Shown piece by piece: positions 1 to 11,891 of a DNA stretch of 20,000 nt. Under the pieces are notes generated by a model. It searched no databases and was not told the origin of the DNA. It worked only from the letters and a program-made list of their open reading frames with translations. The stretch is taken from the NCBI GenBank assembly GCA_021432655.1, contig MU271385.1, positions 49,665 through 69,664 of the forward strand, in the 5' to 3' direction. Both the position numbers and the translations under genes were made by a program. Positions within the stretch are counted from its first letter, which is position 1. Every line of letters starts with the position of its first letter. The DNA is from Atractiella rhizophila (taxonomy: Eukaryota).

Positions 1-902
1 TCTCACTTCGCCGAGAGACTGACTTTTGGACTTACGTGACATGGAAGGAGAATGGACAAAGGCTGACAGACTGGCACCGTGCAAGAAGTGATGGAAGGTC
101 AGTGCTGTTAGTACTTGTTCTGGGAGGTTTACTTTGATATACAGGTGGCCAATTCTCGATCCTCAAAGCCGCGACGCTTGGACCGCCGGTCAAGAGCTCG
201 CAGAGTCTGGCAACTTCACCTCCCACGATCAAGAAGATGTTGCTGAGAAGTTGGGAATAGGAAGTCTGTCCTTGGATGGGGTGGTGCCTCTTGTCGGGGC
301 ATTCGACACTTTAGGATTTTTTGCGAGGGACCCTACAGCATGGCGAGATTTTGCGGAAGTGATGTACATTTTCTTCTCTCCATTGTGTTCTCACGTATGA
401 TGTGGGATCGGGAACGAATGTGGATATAGGTACTCGAACTCCCCTTTGCCGCTTGTTCGAAATGCAGCCTTCCCCCGAAAAATTTTATCCACGTTCGAGC
501 GGAACGAGTCCTCTCCAGCATGGCAAATAGTAAATGTGTTTTTAAATCGTCTAGAGGAAGTGTACGGCATGCAAACCGAGTATTACAACATCACGCAGGA
601 TCTGATGACCGGAGAACATTCACTTCTAAACAAAAGCTCTATTCTCTCACTCCGCCGAGAGACTGACTTTTGGACTTACGTGACATGGAAGGAGAATGGA
701 CAAAGGCTAACAGAATGGCACCGTGCAAGAAGTGATGGAAGGTCAGTGCTGTTAGTACTTGTTCTGGGAGGTTTACTTTGATATACAGGTGGCCAATCCT
801 CGATCCTCAAAGCCGCGACGCTTGGACCGCCGGTCAAGAGCTCGCAGAGTCTGGCAACTTCACCTCCCACGATCAAGAAGATGTTGCTGAGAAGTTGGGA
901 AT
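1..902 (+). repeat. Direct tandem duplication, period 644 bp (1-258 matches 645-902)
   Basis: Alignment by eye gives 4 mismatches in 258 bp (8/652, 65/709, 71/715, 154/798). ORFs at 134 and 778 are near-identical. Confidence 0.95.
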
Positions 903-1464
903 CCTGGCACGACTTCTTGACGAAAGGCTCTGGGGCTCTAATCTCACAGACAACGATTGCAGCGATCGCATCATGGTGTATGACATAGGAACTGGTAAAA
1001 GATTTTACCTTTGTTTGATCGTCACCTACTGACGCGTACTAGGTGGATTGCCCCATTACCGAGAGGGCAAACTGAATGAGGCCGACACTAAGTACAAAGA
1101 ATCGCTGAATAACAATCGAATTGCGACGTCAATGGGGTCATTAGCAGGCGTGCCAGATTTTACGGTGCCTATTGGACAAGTGAAGTACGACTCTGTGGTT
1201 AGCAAGCACGAAGAATACGTCCCTGTTACGATAAACTGTTCGATTTTGGTATCATTGTTTTTACGCTGATGCTGACTCACGCGTGCCAGTTGTTGCCCGC
1301 AGAGGTTGCGACTTCATGCTCTGGAACCTCTTCGAAGACATGTACAGAAGGGGTCTGCTCCAAAAAGTCCAAACAGGTGCGTAAAGTTCATATAGACAAA
1401 TCTGATGTCCGGGTGAACGCTTCATCATAACACTTATGTCGCATTAGGAACTCGCGCGTTTTAA
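1..1464 (+). CDS. Amidase-signature family protein (fungal GatA-like amidase), 3' part, with an internal tandem duplication; 5' end outside window
   Basis: Motifs [44 protein letters not shown] and [13 protein letters not shown] introns at 98-144, 364-429, 742-788, 995-1042, 1238-1289 and 1377-1447 keep the frame to TAA at 1462-1464. Confidence 0.8.
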
Positions 1465-3590
1465 ACTTGACTCAATCCTCTCTCAAGGTGAGCACAAAAT
1501 GAAGGATCATGGTCGCTCATTGTATGCATAATCTCATTTCAATTCATTCTTCTTCCACATTTTGAGTGCAAGAATCAGTGAGACTTTTCCGTGAGAGTCT
1601 CCTAAGCATCCTGCGTTGCAATTGCCAAAGGGGGGGGTTCACATGGACCATGTTCCTTATTTTTGGCCGCTTCGTCTCGTCTTCCTGCGCTTTCTTCTCT
1701 GAATTCGTAGTTGCAAGTAAGTTTCTCTGATGCGTTACTGGGTGTTTTGGCTGTACCTTGTGGAGACAAGTTGCTACAGAGCAGGATATCTACGCGAATT
1801 AACACTTGTCATCGTTACCCTTTACTACCAAATGGCTCGTCATTGATCATGGTATCATGACATTTGTACTGAGACTAATTGCAACGCTTCCTCAAGGGGT
1901 AAGGCTGGTAAGACGGGTACCTTGACCTTCAAGTTTCTTAAAACTTACTCAGCACAATTCTGATTTCTGCTGACTTGTTTCAAACTTTCACGAAACGTTG
2001 GTATGTATTTAAGATTGCAAGTCAAATCCATGCAGGACAAGAGCTGAAAAATGTGAAAGGGCTTCATCAGAGTGGTTGAATCCTGCAGGACCCAACCTTT
2101 CATCATTGAAGTGACATAAAAAGGGGCATCAGGACGAGAGTAGTCCGAATCGAGTTATGCGCCTGGTTCGAGATGATCCCTCACCAATAAGAGCGCACAC
2201 CGTGAATTGCATTGAAGCGGTCCCCTCTCAAAAAGAGAAGGTACGCAATCCTCATGTGCTTCCCAACCTCTCTCTTCCTTCCCGACACCAGCACCGTACC
2301 GCGTCGACTGAGACTCATGAAACTGACAGTCCTATCCCGATCTTTCACACAACATCGGACCACCACATCCGTCACATAGTGGAGATGTGGCTAAAGACAC
2401 CCGGTGTCACACGACATTGTGAGCGAGACGAGGGAATCTTGGGACATGTTCATGGGGAAGATCCAACGAAGGAGATCCGACGAAGGCATCATCAGAGGTG
2501 CCGCACCTCTTTTCTTTTCCATAGCTAGGTGTGGAGCGATAATTCCGACACCGGCGGAAAACCTGTCGTCTCATCTCGACTAGAAGCGGCCAGGCCGGCT
2601 GAGGAATCCAGAGAGAGGGAATTTTCTTGTAGCACACACCCGCGATCGTCGCGTTCGCCATCTAGGCTGATCGACTCCCCAGAAAAAGGAGGCGGAGGAT
2701 GTTACACTCGGACCTTCCCCGTCGTGAAAGAGAACAATGAATGCTCTGAGAGTAACGACGAATCACGACCTTCATCCTGATGCCAAAGAGCTCCCCTCAA
2801 ACACCCATAACCTCAACGAACCAACCTCAGAAAGGAGGTTCCATCCGTACAATCCCCTCCCAAACTCCAACGGGCAGATATCCAAGTGAAAAGACGGACC
2901 ACCGCTTCCAACCATCCATCGAAGAGACGACAGGGTCGCTCTCGAAGGTCGTTGGTTCCACCACCAGCAGTATGAAGTCCATCCCACCTTTCATCCACCG
3001 GCTCCCACAGCGGCATCGGAATCACGCCCTCGGGAGTCGAGGACGGACGGAGGGTTTCTCGACTCAACGTCACTCCAACAGGATCGAAAGAGGAGGAGGA
3101 TTACGCTGGGAGATGGGGATGATGGGAGATTCCTTTGATAGACGTCCCACGCGTCCGTGGGACTCGATCAACCCGCGTCGATGCCCACTCCTGGAATTCG
3201 CCAGCCTCTGCACGAAAGGCTCCGACCAGGGTGCAGTCGACGGCGGCGGCGGAATGCTCGGTTCGAGGCTTGTCTTCTGGCCACAGCTAATGCTGAAGAA
3301 GACGGGGGAGAAGGTAAGCTCGATGGTGGTGGTTGAAAAAATCAACAAAGGAAGCATAAACAAGGTTCTATCCTGACTCAGTGTTTTCCTGCCACAATGA
3401 CCAATGAGAAATGAGAGTGCTTCAAGTCTACGATATAGTAAATTGCATAAGAAACTCACGACGTGAGCTCAATTACGATGATCAAGACCAACAAAAATAT
3501 GTAACTCGAAACCCAAATCTACCACTGCATCCTTTATCTCATTAGTTACTTTTCATTCCTTGCCCTCCTCCTCCAGGCATCACACGAAGG

Positions 3591-5801
3591 TCATGGACCG
3601 CAAACCTTCTTCTCTCCCGTTCCAAGCACGACCTTTCGCAAGCTGCCCATGGTCGAGAGGACGAGCGTGGAGATGCCAAAGGCGAGACAGGCCCACGCGA
3701 GGAGGACGTCTCTCCGTCTGTCCCGCTTCTTTCCCAACGACAGCTTTATGAAACATGCGGCGGGGAGACAATACGCCTGTCCATCCCATCCATCCATCCA
3801 CACAGACCACCATCGTCAATATAAAAAAATCCCCCGACACCAATAGAATAGAGTAGAACGCACCAAAGCGCTGGCGGAGAACCCGCCGGCCAGCTCGAGC
3901 ACAAGGCCCAGGTCGCAAGTAGCGAGAGCGATGGCGGTGCTGGCGACGACGAGGGCGGTGGTGACGATCCAATGTCTCTTCAGACTGAACTTTTCTTCGG
4001 GGTAGAAGTAGGTCTCTACGACTTCTCGACAGACGAACGCTTCCAGGGGGAGGGTGGTCACCATGTTGCAGCCGAGGCAGAAGCGGGCCACGTTCACGAT
4101 CGTGTCTGTTTCCTCTCGTTAGTGAGTGCGGTTGCGATTGCGGTTGCGAGGTGCATGGAGGAGGGACGAACCATCTTCGCTGAAGTTGTTCAACACGTTT
4201 CCTCTCGTCTTATTCGTAAAACACAGAAAACCGCTAGCAGACATCGCAATCGAAGCAAACACGCTCAACGCTCTACCACCCATCCAATCCATCAGCTTCT
4301 CCATCACCACCACTCCTTCCTTCAAAGCGAAGGAAGCAGAAAAGAAGGCAAAAGACGTACGTGCTGACGTGTGTGACCCACTTGAACCGATCCAACGTCG
4401 GCGTCCTCAAGCTTCCGTAGATGAGCAAGGAGTTGTGATGACAGACGAAAGCGAAAGAGATGACGCCGATCGCTTCGAACAATCCGTCGCCCAAGATCGT
4501 AAACCTCGCCTCTGGCTCTCCCCAGAGTTCGGGGACCGTCGGACCGCGGATAGCGACCGTGAGGACGATGACCGTCATCCTTTGCCTCCCATCAGTCAAG
4601 ACACGCGGAGAAAGGGAACATGGGAGAAAGGGAACATGGGAGAAAGGGAACATGGGGAGAAAGGGCGACGGACGAGATTAGGGCTAAGGCGCTCGCTTTG
4701 GACAGTTTGTCGATGTCTCGGTAGAGGGAGAGAGGGTAGGAGATGGCGGCGGTGAAGAGGAAGATGACGGGTTGTCGGCCCGTTATCCAGTCGAGGAGGG
4801 TGCCGTCTGTCGGTTGGAGGAGGGCTTTGAGGACGTGGGGGATGGTGTCGCCTCTGTTCTTCTTTCTCTTTCATCTTCTTTTGAGATCTTATGAGGAGAC
4901 ACGAACACAATGACGCCAAAGGCACACATGCCGCCTTTTCCATGTGCCATCATCGTCGTTAGTCTTTTGCAGGAGGAGGAAGAGGAAAGGAGCTCACCGA
5001 AAGCGAAACTGAATTGAAAGATGCTGGTCGCTCGTTTTCCCCAGATGCCAAAACAGGCGCTGGTGATATCTATGTACGTCCTCTGGCCGGACAATTTGGC
5101 GTTGAGGACGATGAGACGGATTGTCCAGTCGGTTACGAGGCCGAGGATGAGGAGGAGGATTAGGCCGGATACTTTGGGGCGAGGAATATAGTTTAGTGTG
5201 GTGGATTGAAGGTAAGAGAGTGACGGAGGACATAAGAGGATGCAGGAATCAGATACGTTTGAAAGAGGAAGGATGAGAGACGAACCCAGTCCAGCAGATT
5301 TTAATGCATACGGCAGGCCGATGATACCAGCTCCCAATATCGAATTGCTCATATTCGCTACTCCCACATGCCTCTCTCAACAACCATACATCTTACTGAG
5401 CGGTGAAAAAGCAAAGACGGACCAATTCCAGCAGCCAGTCCGCCGCCTTTATCGAGGACGATGAGGTTGGTATTGACAGCATCAATCTGGCCCTCTCTCC
5501 CTCTGACGATCGTAAAGCCCCTACTGATATCTCCTCCGCCCAAGCTACTGACTCTGCTATGTCCACCACCTCCAGTCTTCTGGTTACGCGAGGACGACGA
5601 GGAAATGAGACCCTCGAGCAGTGGCGCGGTCGCATCGGCCTCGTCGTCTGATTCGAGGGAGGAGAGCGAGTCTTGGGAGAGCGAGAACTCGATGGCGGTG
5701 CTCGACTTGAGCGGTGGGTAGGACGAGAGCGGGTAGGCGGAGAGGGAGCTCGTGGAGGGGGTGCGGGTGTGGGATGGGGAGCTGGGGAGGGGAGAGGTCA
5801 T
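3591..5801 (-). CDS. AVT2: Vacuolar amino-acid transporter, AVT2/SLC38A11-like (Aa_trans family), about 9 exons
   Basis: Spliced peptide contains ANMSNSILGAGIIGLPYAL, TDWTIRLIVLNAKLSG, FAFGGMCAFGVIVGDTIPHV, YPLSLYRDI.KLSKAS, AIGVISFAFVCHHNSLLIYGSL and TLPLEAFVCREV. Introns include 5358-5422, 5172-5285, 4935-4997, 4854-4906 and 4580-4673. Confidence 0.9.
4607..4665 (+). repeat. Intronic 16-bp minisatellite (GGGAGAAAGGGAACAT), about 3.7 copies
   Basis: Directly visible tandem copies inside AVT2 intron 4580-4673. Confidence 0.9.
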
Positions 5802-6058
5802 CGATTCATGTACGTGCTGATGGTGCGATGCTGCTACTCAGGCTGGGTATGTGGTAGCTATGTATGTAATAACTATGTAATATATGTAGTAGATGGTCGT
5901 TTGCGTGTCATTTGTTGGGATCCCGGCGACTCTTTCCACCAAATTACATATTACATATTCAACGACCATCTCAAACGCCACTTCTTCTTAGTAGAGGTCC
6001 TTCCAAGAAGCAATAGGGGATCACAAGTGTATAGGACGGCAATAGCCAAGGAAGAAGT
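5802..6058. promoter_or_regulatory. Putative bidirectional promoter between AVT2 and ERF2
   Basis: 257-bp AT-rich gap between divergent ATGs. TATGTAAT x2 (5863, 5874) and its reverse complement ATTACATA x2 (5943, 5950). Confidence 0.55.
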
Positions 6059-8420
6059 ATGTCGATATCGCTCCCTTCCTCCCAGCGGCAGGCGACGGTG
6101 CACATCCTCAGCCCCTCCGACTCGTCCCTCTCCTCGCCCCTTCCCTCCGCCGTCGCATCCTCATCAGCGCTCTCAGGCGACACAGCAGCATCCGCCGACA
6201 TTCCCTCGCCGGGGCACATGGCGTCATCCACCTCCATTCCAGGAGCCAATCCAAATCACGCATCCAACAATGGCAATGGAGGAGGAGGCACACTGAATGC
6301 CACCAAGAACTTCTACCGCGTCAACTCCTCCCGCACCCGCGCTCCCTCCCTCACGTCCACCGCTCCGCCCGTCCGCGCCATCTCGAGCGGCACGAGGATC
6401 TCCAACTCCCACTCGCCCGCGATCCTGCCGCACCAATCCTTCTTCCTCCCGCGAAAGCCAGCCCGAGCGGCGGCGGTCTCTCCCACGGCGACGAGGAGTA
6501 CCGCCTCCCCGACGAGGAGCAGCTTCGTGGTGAATGCGTCGCCCACTAGGAGCACGTTCTCCGTCGGCACTTTCAATACCGGTGAGCGTTCACTACGTCA
6601 CGGAGGAGGAGGAGGAGGAGGACATGAGAGCGCCATCATCCCCGACATGGACTCTGATCCAAACCCACATCCACACCCAAATCCGTTCGAAAGACCCCAA
6701 TCAGCCGCTTCGGGAACCGCCTCTGGATCTGGACATTCACATGCACATGTCAGCTCCCCATTGATGAATGTTGTCAATGCCAATACCCATCCGAATGCGA
6801 ATGCGGGTGAGAGGAGAGGTGTCTCCGTCGACCTTCCTAGAAGAGTTGGAGAGCCGTCGTCACAGCCTCGGGCGAGGGTGCTTTCTGTGGATAGGGATGA
6901 GGGATGGGGGAGGCGTGGACGGCGTGGGGAGGAGAAAGGAGAGGGAGAAATGGTCGAGATCCGCTCATCGACACTCATCCCGTCCATGGAACGATCCTCC
7001 GACCCCGACAACGACCACGACAACGAAGACGAAGATGAAGACGGATACATGCATTCGGACGGTCATTCCACTTCCCACCATTCTCACCACAAAGCGGCGA
7101 CGCCCATCACCGCCGAATCCTTCTCTTCCACCGCCGTCCTCCACCCTCCGCTCTCCTCTCAATACGACCGTTCCCCCCAAACCTCAACCACGAACGGGAG
7201 CCCCAACACGGCCTTTCCCTATCCCGGCCAAGGCATAGAAAGGAACGGCACGGTCGATACCTTCCACAGCTTCGTTCTAGACAAACAAGGCAAAAAGATA
7301 CGCCGCTGGCGCACCCACCAGGGCCAAAACACCTGGTACCTCTCCGGCCTCCTCCTCACGTCCGGAGACTCAAAGGTTCCCCTGCTCCTTTCCTCCCTCT
7401 TCGCCGTCGCCGCTCCCGCCCTCTTCTTCGTCTTCAACTCGTCCTTCTTTTGGTCGAAGGCGGCGTGGGGAAAGGCGGCGCTGCTCGTCGCTGCTTATGC
7501 GACCGTGTTGATGTGGTCTAGCATGGCGAGAGCTTGTACGACTGATCCCGGCATCTTGCCTAGGAATCTGGACGTTTGGTTACCTGGCATGGGGCTGGAG
7601 GAGGAGGATAGAGAGGGAGGTGGGAGGAGGATGAGGTATTTGAAGATTAGAGGGAAGAGAGTGGGCGTAAAGTGTACGTCCTTACTCATCTTCATCGATG
7701 GGACAGCAAGGATGGATGTTGATTGATTCGGATAGGGTGCGAGACGTGTGAGACGTACAGGCCGCCGAGGTGCAGCCACTGTCGGCTCTGCGACAACTGT
7801 GTCGAGCACACAGACCATCACGTCCGTCTCTCCTCCCTCTCCTCCTTCGCGCACTGACCAAGATGCATCGAAAACGCGCAGTGCACCTTCCTCAACAACT
7901 GCATCGGCCGACGCAACTACACGCCCTTCATCGCCTTCTTGACCTCCGCCGTCTTCCTCTGTCAGTACGTGCTCGCACTGACCATCTATCACCTCGTCGA
8001 CGTCTCGAATGAGAGTGAGAAGGGGGGATTCGTCGTCGATTGGCACACCATTGGTGCTCTCATCGTCGGCATACTCGCCCTCGCGGCTTGTATACCCATT
8101 GCGGGCTTGTGGAGTTATCATGCGCGGTTGATGTGGCGGAACGCTACCACGATCGAGATGGTTCGTCTCCTCCCCCTCATATCCTCCTGTCCTCTATCTA
8201 GCTCTGGCGAGAATGGATCTGATGACGGATGGTGGGTGAATAGTTGAGACCGAAACAACTTATCAAGCAGAGTAAAGACCTCTATGCGCTCGAGAACCCG
8301 GCGAGGAATTACTTTGCCATCCTCTGTAGACCGATGACGACGGAGAGCTGGGTGAGGCCGAGGGAGTGGGTGAAGCGGGATAAGAGGGTGGAAGTGGAGA
8401 TGAAATCGGCTCAGGTGTGA
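6059..8420 (+). CDS. ERF2: DHHC palmitoyltransferase, ERF2/ZDHHC9-like, with a long low-complexity N-terminus
   Basis: [57 protein letters not shown]. Introns 7674-7735, 7822-7881 and 8161-8243; stop TGA 8418-8420. Confidence 0.92.
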
Positions 8421-9044
8421 TCGAGCCTCAACCTCGCACATTCTATTGTCAAGCTAAGCGTGCAGGCCGTTTGGTTTGTTTCTTGTGAAGGGGATGAGAC
8501 GGTTTTTTCTTGCCTCGTGTCGTGTCGAATGTCTACTACTTGCTTCGTTCTTGATTATGTCACCTTAATTCGTTCTTTCGCATCCGCCCTTCGTTGAACT
8601 CGACCGTTTTACTTCTTTTTATCCTCTAACTTAGAGAATTTGTTTCCTTTTCCCTCTCCCTCTCCCTCTCCCGCTCACCCCCGTTTTTGCACTCGGATTG
8701 CAAGAAGTGTAACTGACTTTGATCTGACGTGTATCGATACCCGTACTCGCTTCGCACTTTCTTTCGGCTTCGTTGTTCTTTATGGTTGGTTGTAGTACAA
8801 CTTAGCTAGTAGTAATCAGATGCGTGCTCGTTGGTTTATTCCTTCTTCCAAGAAACCTTCTAGTTCTTAACTCATGGAGCCGGAGCGTGAAGAGTGAAAG
8901 ATGGGGAGAAAATGAGGTGCAACTCGAACTTAATAAAATACTGTAGCGCTGGCAGCAAGCAAACAGTGTGGAAGGAATATAGAAAGTATTCTGCATTCTC
9001 GAACAGAGCTAAGCACGAGAATCCCATCTGCCAACTGCTCACTC

Positions 9045-11163
9045 CTACTTCCCTTGCTTCTTCCTCAAGAACTTCTGCTCTCTCCTGTACATATTATCAG
9101 CCAATGCTGTAACGAAGTCAGGGAGATGACGAAAAACGAACCTCCGCTTCTTGTACTTCTGCTTGTTCATCTTCCTCCTCCGCTTCCTTTGCACGCTGTC
9201 CAAATCAATCCTCATCCTCATCCTCATCCTATCCAGTCTAGCCTTGTTCGCCGACTCTGTCCGTTCCATGGCCCTCTTCCTAACCTTGTCTAAGGTTTCT
9301 TGCCAGTAAGGCCATTCCTCCACAGCTTTCTTCAAGACTGCGATCCGCTGTGACGAACCGTCAAAGTGAGAGATAGGGTCCGTATTAATGAAATGCAAAG
9401 CGTCAGGATTGTCAATGCTCCTAAGGAATCGTTCGTCTATTGAGGCAAGAAGTCTTCGATCGTTCTGACTACCTGACTTGGAGCGTGAACCCTCGTGAGC
9501 AAGGGACGCGATACGAGATTCGAGGAGCTGAACAAAGGCATCTGTATTTGAGATGGGTACGTCGAATCGCTCCGACACTCGTTGAATCGACGTGAAAGGG
9601 GTGGAATCGATGTACTCCTTCGATTTCAAACTCGGCGGCGGTGAGCGAGAAGACAAGATGTTCTCCTTCGCTTGATCCAGGACCTTCGTCACGTCGTGCC
9701 ATTCGATCCCCGCTTGTCTCCACTTGTTCTTCTTAATGGCGGCGTCCAAGAAAGAGTTAGCCTCCTTCGCCAGCACGGTCGGGTGTTGCATTAAAGCTGG
9801 TAGCGGTGCTGGTTCGGGTATGCCGCCATACTTCGACAGACTCTTGAGAGACTGGTTGAAGGGAGCGAGCTGGGCCACTGTTCGCTTCGATGTCTCGTCG
9901 AGGAGCGGTGCGAAGGATTTCAGGACTTCATCGCGTGGAGGGGCTATGTCGGAGCGGGGAGAGATTCGTTGAGGAGCGCCAGCTAGAAAACGTCGTGTCC
10001 CTGGTGCCCATTCGGGATTGTCAGAAGAGCGTTCGGCAATGAGATATTGTTGAAGGTGCGGTCGAGATTCGTATTCCATTGCTTCCGCAAGGCTCATCTC
10101 TCTTCCCTCTTCTTCTTCAGAAGCAGACCATCGTTCGTCGCTGAGCTCTTGATAAATATCAATCTTGGAGCTCTGGGATCCAGGCACTCTTTCCTCGGCA
10201 GCTTCAAATGTAATGTCGTCTTCAACAACCTCATCGAGATTCGTATTCCATTGCTTCCGCAAGGCTCATCTCTCTTCCCTCTTCTTCTTCAGAAGCAGAC
10301 CATCGTTCTTCGCTGAGCTCTTGATAAATATCAATCTTGGAGCTCTGGGATCCAGGCACTCTTTCCTCGGCAGCTTCAAATGTAATGTCGTCTTCAACAA
10401 CCTCGTTCGCTTCTGCCAGCTCGCCTTGCATCACCTCCTCCTGCAACGGAGCATCTAGCAACTCCTCATAATCCGCCTCAGTCGGCTTCTCAAACCCCAA
10501 CACATTGATGCGCCGGTCTAAGAAATCATTGCGCATGGGAGGAGCGTCTGACTGCATAGCTCTGGTGAGTGCAGATATCGACCGGCGCTGTTTCGGACGG
10601 ATGTTGTACTCGAGAAGAGGACGATGTGCTGCCCATAAAGAGTCTACTAGGGTTGTAGACGCTTTCGGCACGTAGGGGAGGGGGCTGATGTGGAGAGTGA
10701 CGGGGATGGGGACAAGTCCTACATCTGGCCGTCGACTTGGAAATTTCCGTCGATGCGAACGAGGAGGGCGACGCGCAGAAGGGCTTTCCTCCTCCCCTTG
10801 GACTGTATTTGGCGAAGATGAAACGGTTGTACTCGACGCAGAAGTGTCAACAGGATCATCCTTATCCTTCTTGACCACGTTCTTAACGCCATCTTCCTCC
10901 TTCACACCCCCGCTATTCCCAACTGAATTTTCCTCACCTTCTTCATTCCCAGACTTCTTACCCGAACTGCTGAACGAGATACTCCTGCTCCTCCCCGTCC
11001 GCTCAGAAACTGCCCCTTTCTCCGCCCCCTTCGTGTTCAGAAAGGTGCCTCCTCCTGAGGAAAGTGATGTTCCTCCGGCTTGAAGATGGTGATGTGAAGG
11101 GGTGAAAAAGGTCGAGCCGGGAGATGAACGAAAGCGTAGGGAGAGGTGCAGTCGATTTATCAT
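9045..11163 (-). CDS. COX24: Mitochondrial COX24 / mitoribosomal mS38-domain protein (about 629 aa if the 172-bp duplicate is removed); frameshifted as assembled
   Basis: C-terminal LDSVQRKRRRKMNKQKYKKRRREQKFLRKKQGK after removing intron 9085-9141. Arg/Ser/Leu-rich N-terminus resembles a presequence. ORFs 10231-11163 and 9045-10262 share the duplicated peptide and join in frame when one copy is deleted. Confidence 0.8.
10062..10404. repeat. Tandem duplication, period 172 bp (10062-10232 / 10234-10404) with a single A between copies
   Basis: Copies are identical except one substitution (SDERW vs SEERW). Confidence 0.95.
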
Positions 11164-11891
11164 TGGATGAGCAAAATGCCCTGGCTGGAGGTCAAGGTCG
11201 ATTCTTTCTGTTGTTGCGAGGGCCCCGTGTGCGCCTGAGGGGCTTCTTATGACTCAGGAGAATCTTCTGCTTCTTACCTCTTAGTCAATGGGGATGAAAC
11301 AGGTATTGACTTGTTATCAACAAACAAGATGATTTAGAGAAAAAATAGAAGAATATGATGCATGTATATACTACTGATGGGGTGACCGGAAGACTTTATA
11401 CCTCCTACTTTCTGGGAGCATTCATGTCTCCTAGCATCCTTACTTTGGTTTGTGCTTATGTTTTCTTTTACTTCCCATTGTGCCTTCTCATTATTCAGGA
11501 GCTTTCTCTGATAACAAAGAATTGCCCTACGAGTGCAAGACCACATTCTCATTGGTTTGGTGTCGCCATGTCACAGCCTCATACATCGCCACTCTCTAAC
11601 CTTTATATACAGAGAGCTCAAAAGCACAGACTTAAATGGAAGATTGGAAGGCATGAGGTCATGAAGAATGAGGTATCAAAAATAAAATAGATCAGCTTGA
11701 ATCCACATGTGAGAGCAAACCGAGATGGTCAAAGAGACTGGTTTTAGGAAAACAGAAACTGATTGGAAGACAGGGTTCTTCTGAAAGTAGGTGGTAGCGG
11801 TGTTGTTAAATGGAAGAGTAAAATCCAAGGGCGAAAAATAAGATCCATGTAATATAAACTTTTTGAATAGACATTGGAAGGCAAATTCATT

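Noticed and set aside
4607..4665. Repeat array as CRISPR
   Set aside because: No spacers; eukaryotic intron.
3972..5721. Multiple + strand ORFs over AVT2, and similar antisense ORFs over ERF2, COX24 and the Sel1-repeat gene
   Set aside because: Shadow ORFs of GC-rich coding sequence with no recognisable motifs.
6602..6622. (GGA)7 tract, and (ATCCTC)n at 9208-9230
   Set aside because: Ordinary coding microsatellites (poly-Gly, RM repeat).
7822..7881. Apparent loss of the catalytic Cys (DHHV) in ERF2
   Set aside because: An intron splits DHH|C; the spliced motif is intact.
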